Positions 24,301-32,904 of a stretch of 64,000 nt of DNA are shown here, piece after piece (position 1 is the stretch's first letter; the number at the start of each line of letters is the position of its first letter). The translations under genes and the position numbers were made by a program. The notes beneath the pieces were generated by a model. The model did not search any database. It had not been told where the DNA came from and saw only the letters and a program-made list of their open reading frames with translations. Origin of the DNA: an uncultured candidate division Zixibacteria bacterium (lineage in GTDB: Bacteria; Zixibacteria; MSB-5A5; UBA10806); assembly GCA_963817915.1 (NCBI GenBank), contig CAWFQL010000017.1, positions 276,308 through 340,307 on the forward strand. The letters are read 5' to 3'.

Positions 24301-25351
24301 CGCGCTTACCGAGAACGAGGTTTCAGGTGAAATTACCGATGTTGCCGGCAATATTATGAGCGATTTTAACGGCACTGTTTGGGTTTCCGTTAAAGATGGA
24401 GCGACCTTAAGATCTGTGGCCCTGCTCGATCGATATAATAATCCGATATCTCCACCCCAATTCATAAGCTTTATTAAATCCGGCGCCACCATTTTTCATG
24501 GCCCTACGGATGTCGTCAATGGTCATTTTACTGGCCGATTTTTTACTCCGAAAGATATTTCTTATGGCAGCGCTGATGCCAGGATATATGCTTATGGTGA
24601 AAATGGGGTTTACGATGCCGTCGGAGTAGCAGATTCCCTTAGAATTTCTGGTTCAATGCCGACCGATCAAGATTCGACCGGCCCTGTTATACATCTATTT
24701 GTTGACGGGAGGCCGTTCAGACAAGAAATAACACAGGTTCCATCGGCTTTTGTACTTACAGCGGATATTACCGATGATCACGGGGTCAATATTACCGGTC
24801 AGTTGGGTCATGGAATAGTTTTAAGTATCGACGATGGCAGAGTATTAGAAATGGATATCACCGGCAACTTTAGTTACGGTAGAGGAAATTATCAGGGCGG
24901 TGTTTTGACATTCCAAACGCCCGAACTGCCGCTTGGACAGCATACTTTGTCTTTGAAGGCCTGGGATAATTTCAATAATTCCACGCTGACTAATTCAAAT
25001 ATTGAAGTGGTTTCAACTCAAAATCTTGCTATCTCCAATGTTATGAATTATCCGAATCCTGTGAAGGGAATCGGAGTGAATACATCATTCCAATACTGCC
25101 TGAATGAAAATGTAGATAAAATTATAATCAAAATATTCACTGAAGCGGGGAGAAAGATAAAGACGTTGGAATTTACAAGTCCGGATTATACGCAGATGGA
25201 TTGTCATCAGGTTGATTGGAATCTTAGAGATGGCGATGGCGATCCTATTGCCGATGGAATTTATTTATATAAAGTTATAGCGGAAAAGCAGGATGGGAAC
25301 GGTTCCCATTCGGAAGCTGACGATACCAGAAAATTAGTAATACTGAGGTAA
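21323..25351 (+). CDS. porU: PorU-like T9SS C-terminal signal peptidase / sortase (gingipain C25 family) with its own T9SS CTD
   Basis: GGAGGA RBS and signal peptide. C25-like catalytic His (LIIDWIGHGSAG) and Cys (LVFTASCSIGAFD). ~1340 aa. C-terminus NYPNPVKGIGVNTSFQYCL...IYLYKV is a CTD. Directly upstream of a PorV-like gene. Confidence 0.7.
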   Translation: MLCRKKLILLGQAFFSISILISISSASTIFDGDVEILKSDNSGVTLKYKVPSSSFTPFEQGNNKYHSLNIERTAQNRVEGQSIIPIKIVPLALPPGATAKIQVIDANYKDAEFKKLPPFFARSSKEEYDKAYEDASLKSTVTHSDPYIVSFDNLRGLKIARIGIPAIRYSENPPSLSMLQTITLRVDFVGGQSNLPVSFQHPGNAFNKIFSKVVANYDVGANWVAKEQKIALGASATSSVFDSASTWFRMELTTEGIYSIGWNQFRSLGIANPDVDIDPSRVRVFYGGGRELPPNNSTPRPEFREIPIQFIDANGNGVFDGLDLFVFYADGVDSWEYDSTLNNFIRYKNHYTSKNVFWLTIDGNFSGPAKRYPSWDGNPNGAYDVSTDSYTAMFNKEEDILFWKYSPIQQDYNDYFEWYWASGKSFSTSAQLYDVVSGGTAEIIVRHRAGNLSLTVNSSSATPMRQLPPFSIFSASNLRDGLNSITLQSVTNFYTDYINILYPRWLRTIDGNLRFSQPDTFGVVRYNLTNVDSDYLLLDISDKMNPVKIAGGSWSGQNLSFLDTVSAQSHKQYYISNKNRFKTPSSITTYQIDNLKDVNSSNNRADEIILTYDGFYDQAVRLAQHRQNVYGLATRIVKISDVYNQFSYGLLDAIAIRDFLKYAYENWQSPAPSYVVLLGDGNYDYRNYMGSSSHIYIPPYEYLPLFGSDLGMSDELFVYFGSYGNLDSDSNSIPDMMIGRISARSVQDASEMIDKIIDYDSNPDLGPWRNRVVVAADDNLHPPHDNDWNHTAQAEDLANHHVPNSFETGKIYLIEYPMGAGGEKPQAREALMSAYNQGSLIIDWIGHGSAGLWADEHIFRRIEDIPRLHNGKRLSLVFTASCSIGAFDFPAFESMAEELARTYGRGAIAVISATRGVYATSNGQFNNAVFDQLLNSDSVGIGAAMYIAKFLRQSGDSGTNTNDRVYVLFGDPAQLLQFPKYKVRFNSVPDSLAALTENEVSGEITDVAGNIMSDFNGTVWVSVKDGATLRSVALLDRYNNPISPPQFISFIKSGATIFHGPTDVVNGHFTGRFFTPKDISYGSADARIYAYGENGVYDAVGVADSLRISGSMPTDQDSTGPVIHLFVDGRPFRQEITQVPSAFVLTADITDDHGVNITGQLGHGIVLSIDDGRVLEMDITGNFSYGRGNYQGGVLTFQTPELPLGQHTLSLKAWDNFNNSTLTNSNIEVVSTQNLAISNVMNYPNPVKGIGVNTSFQYCLNENVDKIIIKIFTEAGRKIKTLEFTSPDYTQMDCHQVDWNLRDGDGDPIADGIYLYKVIAEKQDGNGSHSEADDTRKLVILR

Positions 25352-25409
25352 GAAACTGTATGAATTTGACCGACAATAATATAGATCATCATTGTAATCG
25401 GAGGATGGA

Positions 25410-27986
25410 ATGAGGCAGTATAAATTAGTAATATTACTTTTATTGGCGATGTCAGCATTAGCCGCGGCCCAGGTTTCGCAAACTGCGGTCCAGTTCTTGT
25501 TGATAGCACCGGGGGCCAGGGCCGGAGGCATGGGAGAGACATTTATTGCGATTTCGGATGATGCCACGGCCGTACATTGGAATCCAGCGGGTCTTGGACG
25601 GTATCCGCTCACTGCTTCGTGGCTCGATTTTAACTCCGCTCCCGGCGATACAATTCAATCATTATCAATGGTTAAAAATAATTTGCCCGAAAATAATTAT
25701 CGTCAATATGATCTTTGGAGCATTATTAACGGTCACCTTACCAAATGGGACGGCGCTCACTGGGTTGCGGGCACGTTACAGCCATTGAGAGCTGGAGCTT
25801 CACTGGAATCAGTGATAATGCGCTATACCGGCTTGGGCGAAAACGAAGCGGCGCCATATATTGATAAATTGGCCAGAGCCAATAATACTATCATGCCTGA
25901 AACAATGGATTCATTGAAAACAGAAATAATGGCGGCTCTTCCTCAGGATTATTTATATAAAGAAGATCTCCAATATGGCTTTGAAAAACTCCATAAGGCA
26001 TGGCTTCAGCTTCGAATAAATGTCAAAGGATTTTCCGCAATTCGGAATGATATAAACAATGTCCTGGCTGATTCAATAGCCACCACCGATGAAATGGATA
26101 AAGTGACATTCGGTTTTGATAGAGGAATCGAAGCCAAGGGCGACAGAGAAGTCTGGCTGCCGTACGACTTGACTCTTCCGGATAAGATTAATTGCCTCAA
26201 TTCCGATGAAGAAATTCTTTATCTCGGAACCAATAATGGCTTATACAGATTCGATCCTCAAAAGAGCATCTGGTCATTTTTTACGGTCGCCAAAGATTCG
26301 CTGCCATCGGATAATATCACGGCGATTGAAAAAGGCTCCAAGAAAATGATGTATATAGGCACGTCAAATGGGCTGGTGAAATTCACCGGCAGGAATATTA
26401 CCAAATTCCCGCCCAATTCCGATGTGCCTACAGGTCAGATTGACGCTATTGCCGCGTCAAGCGATCGTGATGCCTGGCTGGCATCGGATGGCATCCTTTA
26501 TCACTATGACGGCGCCAAATGGAGCCAATTCAAGGAAAAAGAATTATCGATCGGGGAGAGCATTCCCAAAGTTGTCGAGAAATTTTATGGTGAAATAGGC
26601 ACTGTCATGTATGATACAGTTATGAGCATGGTAACTGCCTACAATTCAACAAAGGGAGATACAACTCAAACCGGGAAGCCGATAAAATTGCCGTATAATC
26701 TCGGATACAGAGGAAAGATAACAGCTCTCGGTGTCGATGAAAGATACCGTCTCTGGATCGGTACTACTTACGGAGTAAGTCTTTTCACCGGCGATGATTT
26801 CAAGCTATTTGGATACAAGATATATCAGGCGCCGGAGTCCACTTCAGTGCAGTCAGTTGCCGCTCAATATATAACCGATCGTGATCCTCAAAAGATCGAG
26901 CTGCTTTCATCGAAGATAAGGCAGTTTAACGGGCTTGAGTCCGATCAGATCAATTCCGGCAAAAAGCTTTTGGTTTATTCCAATTCACTGGGATCGGAAA
27001 TAAAAGCTATCAGACCAATTACCGGAAAAAAAGTTGCGGTCGCTACATCGTACGGCGCGGTCGAATATGATAATGGCAAATGGAGTCGAATTCAGAATCT
27101 GGATATTGCCAGGTCTAATGTCTCCAATATATATGCCAAGTCTGGCGATATGTGGTTTGCATCTCCTAAAAAAGTCTCGGTCTATGCCGCAGCCAAAAAA
27201 CAGGTGACATTCATGCATTCCAATTATCTGGTGCAGCTTGCCAGCGATCTTTATTACGATTTCTTTTCGATCGTATATCCAACAGCCGATTGGGGGACAT
27301 TTGGTTTCGGAGTTCATTTCATTTCATATGGAGAGCAACTGCGCACAAATGAAAACAATTTGCCCGAAGGCTCGTTTACTTCTTATGATATAGCGTTTAC
27401 AGTATCATACGGCACGAATCTAATGAACAACCTCTATGGAGGACTTTCAGTTCGCTATATAAATTCGCATCTTTCAGTGGTAGGCGCCGGTGCTGAAAGA
27501 GGTAAAGGTGTAGGGTATTCGCTGGCAGTTGATGCCGGCGTGATCTATGATATGACCCGCCGACTCACTCTGGCCGCGACCGTAACCAACCTCGGCCCCG
27601 ATATAGCCTATATCGATGCTGATCAGGCGGACCCGTTACCAAGAAAATTGGCGCTCGGTTTTGCCTATAAACTTATCGATTCGCCATTTAATAAATTGAC
27701 AGTTTTGGGCGAAGCCACAAAACTATTGGTTGATTTGAATCACAGTGTCAAGACGGAGATTGAAGAGATTATTCCGCATATCGGAATCGAGTACTGGTAT
27801 TCGAATTATGTGGCTTTAAGAGCGGGATATGTCTACGACAAAATCGGCGTGCAAAAATACTTTACTTTGGGCACGTCGCTGCAATACAGCAGTTATCGAT
27901 TTGATTTCTCTTATATTCCAGCGTCGAGCGAGGAGACTAATAGGTTGGCCAATACTATGCGTTTTTCCATGAATGTGGGGTTCTAA
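25410..27986 (+). CDS. porV: PorV(LptO)/PorQ-like FadL-type outer-membrane beta-barrel carrying a large inserted Reg_prop-type beta-propeller domain
   Basis: Signal peptide, then the PorV-family N-terminal motif QTAVQFLLIAPGARAGGMGETFIAISDDATAVHWNPAGLG. About 500 aa follow with repeats of the form (L/M)(Y/W)IGT..GL..F (EILYLGTNNGLYRFDP, MYIGTSNGLVKFTG, LWIGTTYGVSLFTG, and so on). The C-terminal ~280 aa is a beta-barrel ending ...MRFSMNVGF. Confidence 0.55.
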   Translation: MRQYKLVILLLLAMSALAAAQVSQTAVQFLLIAPGARAGGMGETFIAISDDATAVHWNPAGLGRYPLTASWLDFNSAPGDTIQSLSMVKNNLPENNYRQYDLWSIINGHLTKWDGAHWVAGTLQPLRAGASLESVIMRYTGLGENEAAPYIDKLARANNTIMPETMDSLKTEIMAALPQDYLYKEDLQYGFEKLHKAWLQLRINVKGFSAIRNDINNVLADSIATTDEMDKVTFGFDRGIEAKGDREVWLPYDLTLPDKINCLNSDEEILYLGTNNGLYRFDPQKSIWSFFTVAKDSLPSDNITAIEKGSKKMMYIGTSNGLVKFTGRNITKFPPNSDVPTGQIDAIAASSDRDAWLASDGILYHYDGAKWSQFKEKELSIGESIPKVVEKFYGEIGTVMYDTVMSMVTAYNSTKGDTTQTGKPIKLPYNLGYRGKITALGVDERYRLWIGTTYGVSLFTGDDFKLFGYKIYQAPESTSVQSVAAQYITDRDPQKIELLSSKIRQFNGLESDQINSGKKLLVYSNSLGSEIKAIRPITGKKVAVATSYGAVEYDNGKWSRIQNLDIARSNVSNIYAKSGDMWFASPKKVSVYAAAKKQVTFMHSNYLVQLASDLYYDFFSIVYPTADWGTFGFGVHFISYGEQLRTNENNLPEGSFTSYDIAFTVSYGTNLMNNLYGGLSVRYINSHLSVVGAGAERGKGVGYSLAVDAGVIYDMTRRLTLAATVTNLGPDIAYIDADQADPLPRKLALGFAYKLIDSPFNKLTVLGEATKLLVDLNHSVKTEIEEIIPHIGIEYWYSNYVALRAGYVYDKIGVQKYFTLGTSLQYSSYRFDFSYIPASSEETNRLANTMRFSMNVGF

Positions 27987-27990
27987 GATA

Positions 27991-30900
27991 GTGAATTTAT
28001 CGAAACGCACTTTAATAATTGCTATTGGCATACTATTTTTGGTCTCGGCCCACTTTTCATTTGCCCAAAAGATTCTCAAGCCGCTTTCATTGAGATCAAT
28101 TCCCAGAGAAAGTACGGTTAAGAGTGACGAATTCCGATCCGGCGTATCCGAAAAGAATTTGCTGGGATTGGAGCGGCCGTCGCTTTATGCATTGCCGACT
28201 GCGAAACACGGTATGCCATTAACTGCCGCGAGCATTATGTCTGATTCGATCAGGGTATTGGTTTTGAAGGTTGAATTTCAGAAAGAAATACCGGATGATC
28301 CATACACGACCGGCGATGGCACATTCGATCTTAGAACATATGATCAATTTGTAGCCGCGGAAGGACATTATATCGATCCCGCGCCTCATAATACATCATA
28401 TTTCAATGCTCACATGCAAGCTTTGCACAATTATTGGTATTATGTTTCCGAAAAGCAGCTGCAGATTCAATGGGATGTATATCCTCAACCAGAAAGCGTT
28501 TCGATTCAATTGCCGGTGCCAATGGCCTATTACGGATCGAATATGAATTGGGAAAGTATCGGCGACAGACTCGGTAATTTTCTGATCCGCGCAATTACAC
28601 TTGCCGATTCATTATATCCTGAGATCGATTTCGGCCGTTACCAGGCGGTCATTGTTTTCCATGCTGGTTCGGATCAACAAAATAATCTTTCCTATTTCCC
28701 TCAATTCGATACGCCATACGATTTCTATACAGGGTTCCTAAAGCTCAGCAAGCCAGTTATGGTGGATGATAGCACAGTTGCTATTCAGGAGGGGACGATA
28801 CTCCCGGAATTTGCAAGTCAGGATAACCGTATTACCGCCCTAAATGGTGTAGTAGCCCATGAATTTGGACATCAATTAGGACTCGTAGACCTATACAAAA
28901 CCGACAATTTCTTTACGCAGGTTGGCGATTTTTCGCTGATGGACAACAATGGAATGTCGGTCGGTGTCCAATTCCCTGATATAGGGCCGACAGTCGGCGG
29001 TACGATGCCTGTTTACCCCGATGCCTGGTCGAGGGCTTATCTTGGATTCGATATACCTCGTGAAATTACCGATGGGAATAATGTGCCAATTTCAGCGGCC
29101 GCTCAAAATCATGGAAGTACAGAGATAATCAAAGTGCCAATTACCGAATACGAATATTTCCTGATTGAAAATAGACAGCAGGACGCCGACACATTGGATC
29201 CATCCAACCCATTTGCTGATATTTTAGTTGGCGATCCGGCTACAGGAGTGATTTTAGGCCCGGGGTTTGCATATTTTCAGGGAAACGATACAATTTTGGT
29301 TTCCGATGGCGAATACGATCGGATTACTCCCGGCAATGGTGCCGTAATATGGCACGTCGATGAAGCAGTCGCTTATCAGGATACTCTCCACAATGGCGAT
29401 AATAACTTTTTTAATAATACACTGCAATGGGACCCCGCCAGGAGATTTCTGTCATTGGTAGAAGCTGATGGCGTAATCGATTTCGGAGGGTATTACTACC
29501 GGGGTTATGGCGATGATAATGATTATTTTAAGGGACCGAATAGGGTATCATTTACGCCCAGCACTAATCCATCATCGAATTCCATTCTGGGATGCGATTC
29601 TCATATTTCTGTTACGGATATTTCCAATTCGGATACTTTGATGTATGTTGATATAAATATCGATTGGCTGATGGCCGGATGGCCCCAAATGGGATTGCCC
29701 AATCAAATGTCCGATCCGATAATAGCCGATCTTCTGTCGAATGATACTTCGGAAGTTTTGATTACGGCGTCCAATAGATTGCTTATCTGGAAGCCAAATG
29801 GACAAAAATTTATTTCCAATGGCGATTCCGTAGGAATCTTGAGATACGATAGCAGTATCGCAATCTATCCCTGGGCTATTGCCGCCGAATGCGATAGTAC
29901 GATTTCGACCAGGCCCGTGATTTTCGATTATAATGGCGACGGCGAAAATGATATCGCGTTGACTTCGAATTCGGGACGATTGTACGCGTTTAATCCTCGT
30001 GATAACAACTCCGATGGCCGACTCGATCCGATTGTCGGTTTCCCTCTGGATCTGCATTTAAATACGCGGTTGGCTCCGATAACAGTGAATTTCCTACCAG
30101 GCGCTGAGAACGAGCTCATCGCATTCGATGATTCCGGCAAGGTGCATATGGTTTATAATGTCCTGGAAGACAGTGTCGTGTACAATTTTAACGGGATAGT
30201 AATTTCTGCCGCCGCGTATCAGGTTGCCGGGAAAAACGTAATCGACGCTTTGGTCAGTCAGCCAGGCGGAACGAGCCTGAATCGAATCGCGGCCGATTCC
30301 GGGACTGCGGTTTTCGCGCAGGAATTTTCGCCGGTAGCATTTCCATTTTATCATTATGTTCCCTCTATACCGGTTTCTATAATTGCAGTCGATATAGACA
30401 GGGATGGAAATTTGCCCGAAATCCTGATTACATTTTCCTACAAAATAGAGCTTATAAAAAATGACGGTTCAGTCGCGTGGTCTATCGATACTGATCGTGA
30501 GCTTTATCATACCGCAATTGGCGATATTAATTCCGATGGTTATCCTGAAATCGTGATAGGCGCCGAATCGGCAATATACGCATTTAATTATACAGGCTCT
30601 TTAATGCAGAATTTCCCCATCGATATGAACAAGTATAAACTCGGTGGAGCGATAATATCGTCGCCGATATTGGGGGATATTGATAACAATGCAGCACCGG
30701 AAATTATAGTCGGTTTGCCGGGCGGCGGCATTTACGCATTTGATCAATACTCTGACCGTGTCGCAGGATTCCCATTGCCGAGTTCATTTGGAGTCAGTAA
30801 CTCGGCGGCGTTAGGCGATTTAAATAATGATGGGGAAATTGACCTGGTCACGGAGGAAAATTCGGGATTTGTCAAGGCCTGGAATTTATCAGCGCCATAC

Positions 30901-31278
30901 GAATTCGCGAATGTTCCCTGGGGCATGGCAGGCGGCAATATCTTCAATAATTCTTATCTTTCGACAGTCTATCAAAAAAATATTGCGGCGACCGATCAGC
31001 AGTTGCCGGTGAATTCCGTATTCAATTATCCCAATCCCGCGACCAACAGTACAACCATCCGTTTTTACCTGAACAGCAATTCGAATGTGAAGATAGAGAT
31101 GTTTGATTTGATGGGCGACAGGATTCACGACGCAACCATTGCCGGGCAGGCGCACGCGGATAACGAGTATGTTTGGAATTGCCAAAATGTAGCTTCAGGA
31201 GTATACTATTGTCGTGTTGAAGCCGCGAATAATACGGGAAAAACATCGAGAATGATTAAAATTGCCATCGCCAAGTAG
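27991..31278 (+). CDS. Secreted M6 (immune inhibitor A-like) zinc metallopeptidase with FG-GAP/VCBS repeats and T9SS C-terminal sorting domain
   Basis: Signal peptide; HEFGHQLGLVDLY zincin motif; at least five FG-GAP-like repeats (FDYNGDGENDIALT, VDIDRDGNLPEILI, IGDINSDGYPEIVIG, LGDIDNNAAPEIIVG, LGDLNNDGEIDLVTE). C-terminus VFNYPNPATNSTTIRFYL...VYYCRV is a CTD. Confidence 0.7.
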   Translation: MNLSKRTLIIAIGILFLVSAHFSFAQKILKPLSLRSIPRESTVKSDEFRSGVSEKNLLGLERPSLYALPTAKHGMPLTAASIMSDSIRVLVLKVEFQKEIPDDPYTTGDGTFDLRTYDQFVAAEGHYIDPAPHNTSYFNAHMQALHNYWYYVSEKQLQIQWDVYPQPESVSIQLPVPMAYYGSNMNWESIGDRLGNFLIRAITLADSLYPEIDFGRYQAVIVFHAGSDQQNNLSYFPQFDTPYDFYTGFLKLSKPVMVDDSTVAIQEGTILPEFASQDNRITALNGVVAHEFGHQLGLVDLYKTDNFFTQVGDFSLMDNNGMSVGVQFPDIGPTVGGTMPVYPDAWSRAYLGFDIPREITDGNNVPISAAAQNHGSTEIIKVPITEYEYFLIENRQQDADTLDPSNPFADILVGDPATGVILGPGFAYFQGNDTILVSDGEYDRITPGNGAVIWHVDEAVAYQDTLHNGDNNFFNNTLQWDPARRFLSLVEADGVIDFGGYYYRGYGDDNDYFKGPNRVSFTPSTNPSSNSILGCDSHISVTDISNSDTLMYVDINIDWLMAGWPQMGLPNQMSDPIIADLLSNDTSEVLITASNRLLIWKPNGQKFISNGDSVGILRYDSSIAIYPWAIAAECDSTISTRPVIFDYNGDGENDIALTSNSGRLYAFNPRDNNSDGRLDPIVGFPLDLHLNTRLAPITVNFLPGAENELIAFDDSGKVHMVYNVLEDSVVYNFNGIVISAAAYQVAGKNVIDALVSQPGGTSLNRIAADSGTAVFAQEFSPVAFPFYHYVPSIPVSIIAVDIDRDGNLPEILITFSYKIELIKNDGSVAWSIDTDRELYHTAIGDINSDGYPEIVIGAESAIYAFNYTGSLMQNFPIDMNKYKLGGAIISSPILGDIDNNAAPEIIVGLPGGGIYAFDQYSDRVAGFPLPSSFGVSNSAALGDLNNDGEIDLVTEENSGFVKAWNLSAPYEFANVPWGMAGGNIFNNSYLSTVYQKNIAATDQQLPVNSVFNYPNPATNSTTIRFYLNSNSNVKIEMFDLMGDRIHDATIAGQAHADNEYVWNCQNVASGVYYCRVEAANNTGKTSRMIKIAIAK

Positions 31279-31307
31279 ATGTTATATTTAAAATATCGGA
31301 GGATTAA

Positions 31308-32144
31308 ATGAAGAAAAGCATTCCAATTATAATTATGATAGGTGTCATATTGTGTCTTGCGGCTGAATCCTTTGCGGGTGGAATAACTAAAACTACATCT
31401 GCTAAAGAACTATTTTTGCAGAATGGATTAACATTGGAAAAGTATTTCAGCCGAAAATTATATTTAGCCAAAAAAGATGATTTAACAAATACTGATGTTT
31501 ACGAGTATGGTACCAAATCGCCTATGAAGGCCTTCGGCCTATCGTTGTTGGTGCCGGGTGCTGGTCAATATTATGTGGAGGCATCGAGGATAAAAACCGG
31601 CGTATTTTTGGGCGCCGATATTCTTCTATGGTCCGGATATCTCGTTTATCATCATAAAGGCGCCAACGGGGAAAAGGATTATCGGAGTTTCGCTGACCAG
31701 CATTATCTCTGGCAGACCTATGATCAATGGTGGTGGTCGCTGCCAGAGCCTACAAGAAACCACTATTCCCATTCTTTGCCGTGGGATCAAACTTTGAATC
31801 AGCCGATTAGAAATCGAGAGTATTATGAAAATATCGGGAAGTATGATCAGTTCCAGGTCGGCTGGGATGATGTTGGATTAAACAATCCTCCCGATTCGAC
31901 AAATAGCGTTACTTATGGCAATAGATTGCTTTATCTTAATATGCGCAAGAAGGCCAACGATTATTTTTCAAATGCCACGACCATGGCCATGATTTCTATT
32001 GCCAACCATATTATCTCGGCATTTGATGCCGCAATTGGCGCCAAGAAATTCAACAGAGGCGGCAAGCAATATTCAATGGCTCTAAAAGCCAAGAGATATA
32101 ACGGCAAAACAATACCATATCTTTCATTGGCGATGAAGTTTTAG
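31308..32144 (+). CDS. Hypothetical exported/membrane protein, paralog A (shared A-F-G-L-S-L-L-V-P-G-A-G-Q-Y-Y-V motif; ends ...AMKF)
   Basis: Signal peptide; the motif FGLSLLVPGAGQYYVE is followed by a hydrophobic helix; C-terminal Phe. Confidence 0.4.
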   Translation: MKKSIPIIIMIGVILCLAAESFAGGITKTTSAKELFLQNGLTLEKYFSRKLYLAKKDDLTNTDVYEYGTKSPMKAFGLSLLVPGAGQYYVEASRIKTGVFLGADILLWSGYLVYHHKGANGEKDYRSFADQHYLWQTYDQWWWSLPEPTRNHYSHSLPWDQTLNQPIRNREYYENIGKYDQFQVGWDDVGLNNPPDSTNSVTYGNRLLYLNMRKKANDYFSNATTMAMISIANHIISAFDAAIGAKKFNRGGKQYSMALKAKRYNGKTIPYLSLAMKF

Positions 32145-32153
32145 GTGGGAGAA

Positions 32154-32900
32154 ATGGCCAGGATAGTATCAATCATTCTCATATTGACGATATCGCTATC
32201 AGGCAGCGGTTTCGCTCAGACTATTTCTCAGAAGGTAATGTCATCGATACAAAAGCCGAACGACGATGATGGTCTTAATGAGCCAACTTACGCCCCTGAT
32301 AAAGCAAATGCCGATAAGTCTAAATATAAGGCGTTGGGCCTTTCGATTTTATTACCAGGCGCGGGACAATATTATGTTGGCAGCAAAAAGAAGATGGTGA
32401 TATTTGCCTCGGCGGAAGCCCTGATATGGTCCGGTTTTTTTGGATTCAGGATGTACGGATCATGGAAAAAGGAAGACTACAAAGCCTGGGCTGCATTTCA
32501 CGCTGGCGCCGATATTAACGGCAAATCTGATCGTTTCTTCGAAAAAATGACATACTATGATAATGTTAATGAATTTAATCAGCTTGAGCTTCTTTACGAA
32601 GGTACCAACGCCCAGCCATTTCCATCCAATTCATCATATTACTGGAATTGGGATTTCAAATCTTCGAAAGATCATTATCGAAACCTGCGGAATCTCAGCA
32701 AGACGGCATATCGTCGATCGCTATTATTTATAGGGGCGGCAATTGCCAATAGAATTCTTTCCGGAATCGATGCTTATAGAGCGGCGAATGCCTATAATAG
32801 CGGCAAAGAATTCAGTGAAAAAGGGTGGCAGATATACAGCTCATCCGATAGCCCATTGGGGGCTGGTGGATTTGAAATTGGTCTTGCCCTCAAGTTTTAA
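32154..32900 (+). CDS. Hypothetical exported/membrane protein, paralog B (same PGAGQYYV motif; ends ...LALKF)
   Basis: LGLSILLPGAGQYYVGSKKKMVIFASAEALIWSGFF parallels paralog A. Tandem duplication. Confidence 0.4.
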   Translation: MARIVSIILILTISLSGSGFAQTISQKVMSSIQKPNDDDGLNEPTYAPDKANADKSKYKALGLSILLPGAGQYYVGSKKKMVIFASAEALIWSGFFGFRMYGSWKKEDYKAWAAFHAGADINGKSDRFFEKMTYYDNVNEFNQLELLYEGTNAQPFPSNSSYYWNWDFKSSKDHYRNLRNLSKTAYRRSLLFIGAAIANRILSGIDAYRAANAYNSGKEFSEKGWQIYSSSDSPLGAGGFEIGLALKF

Positions 32901-32904
32901 ATTG

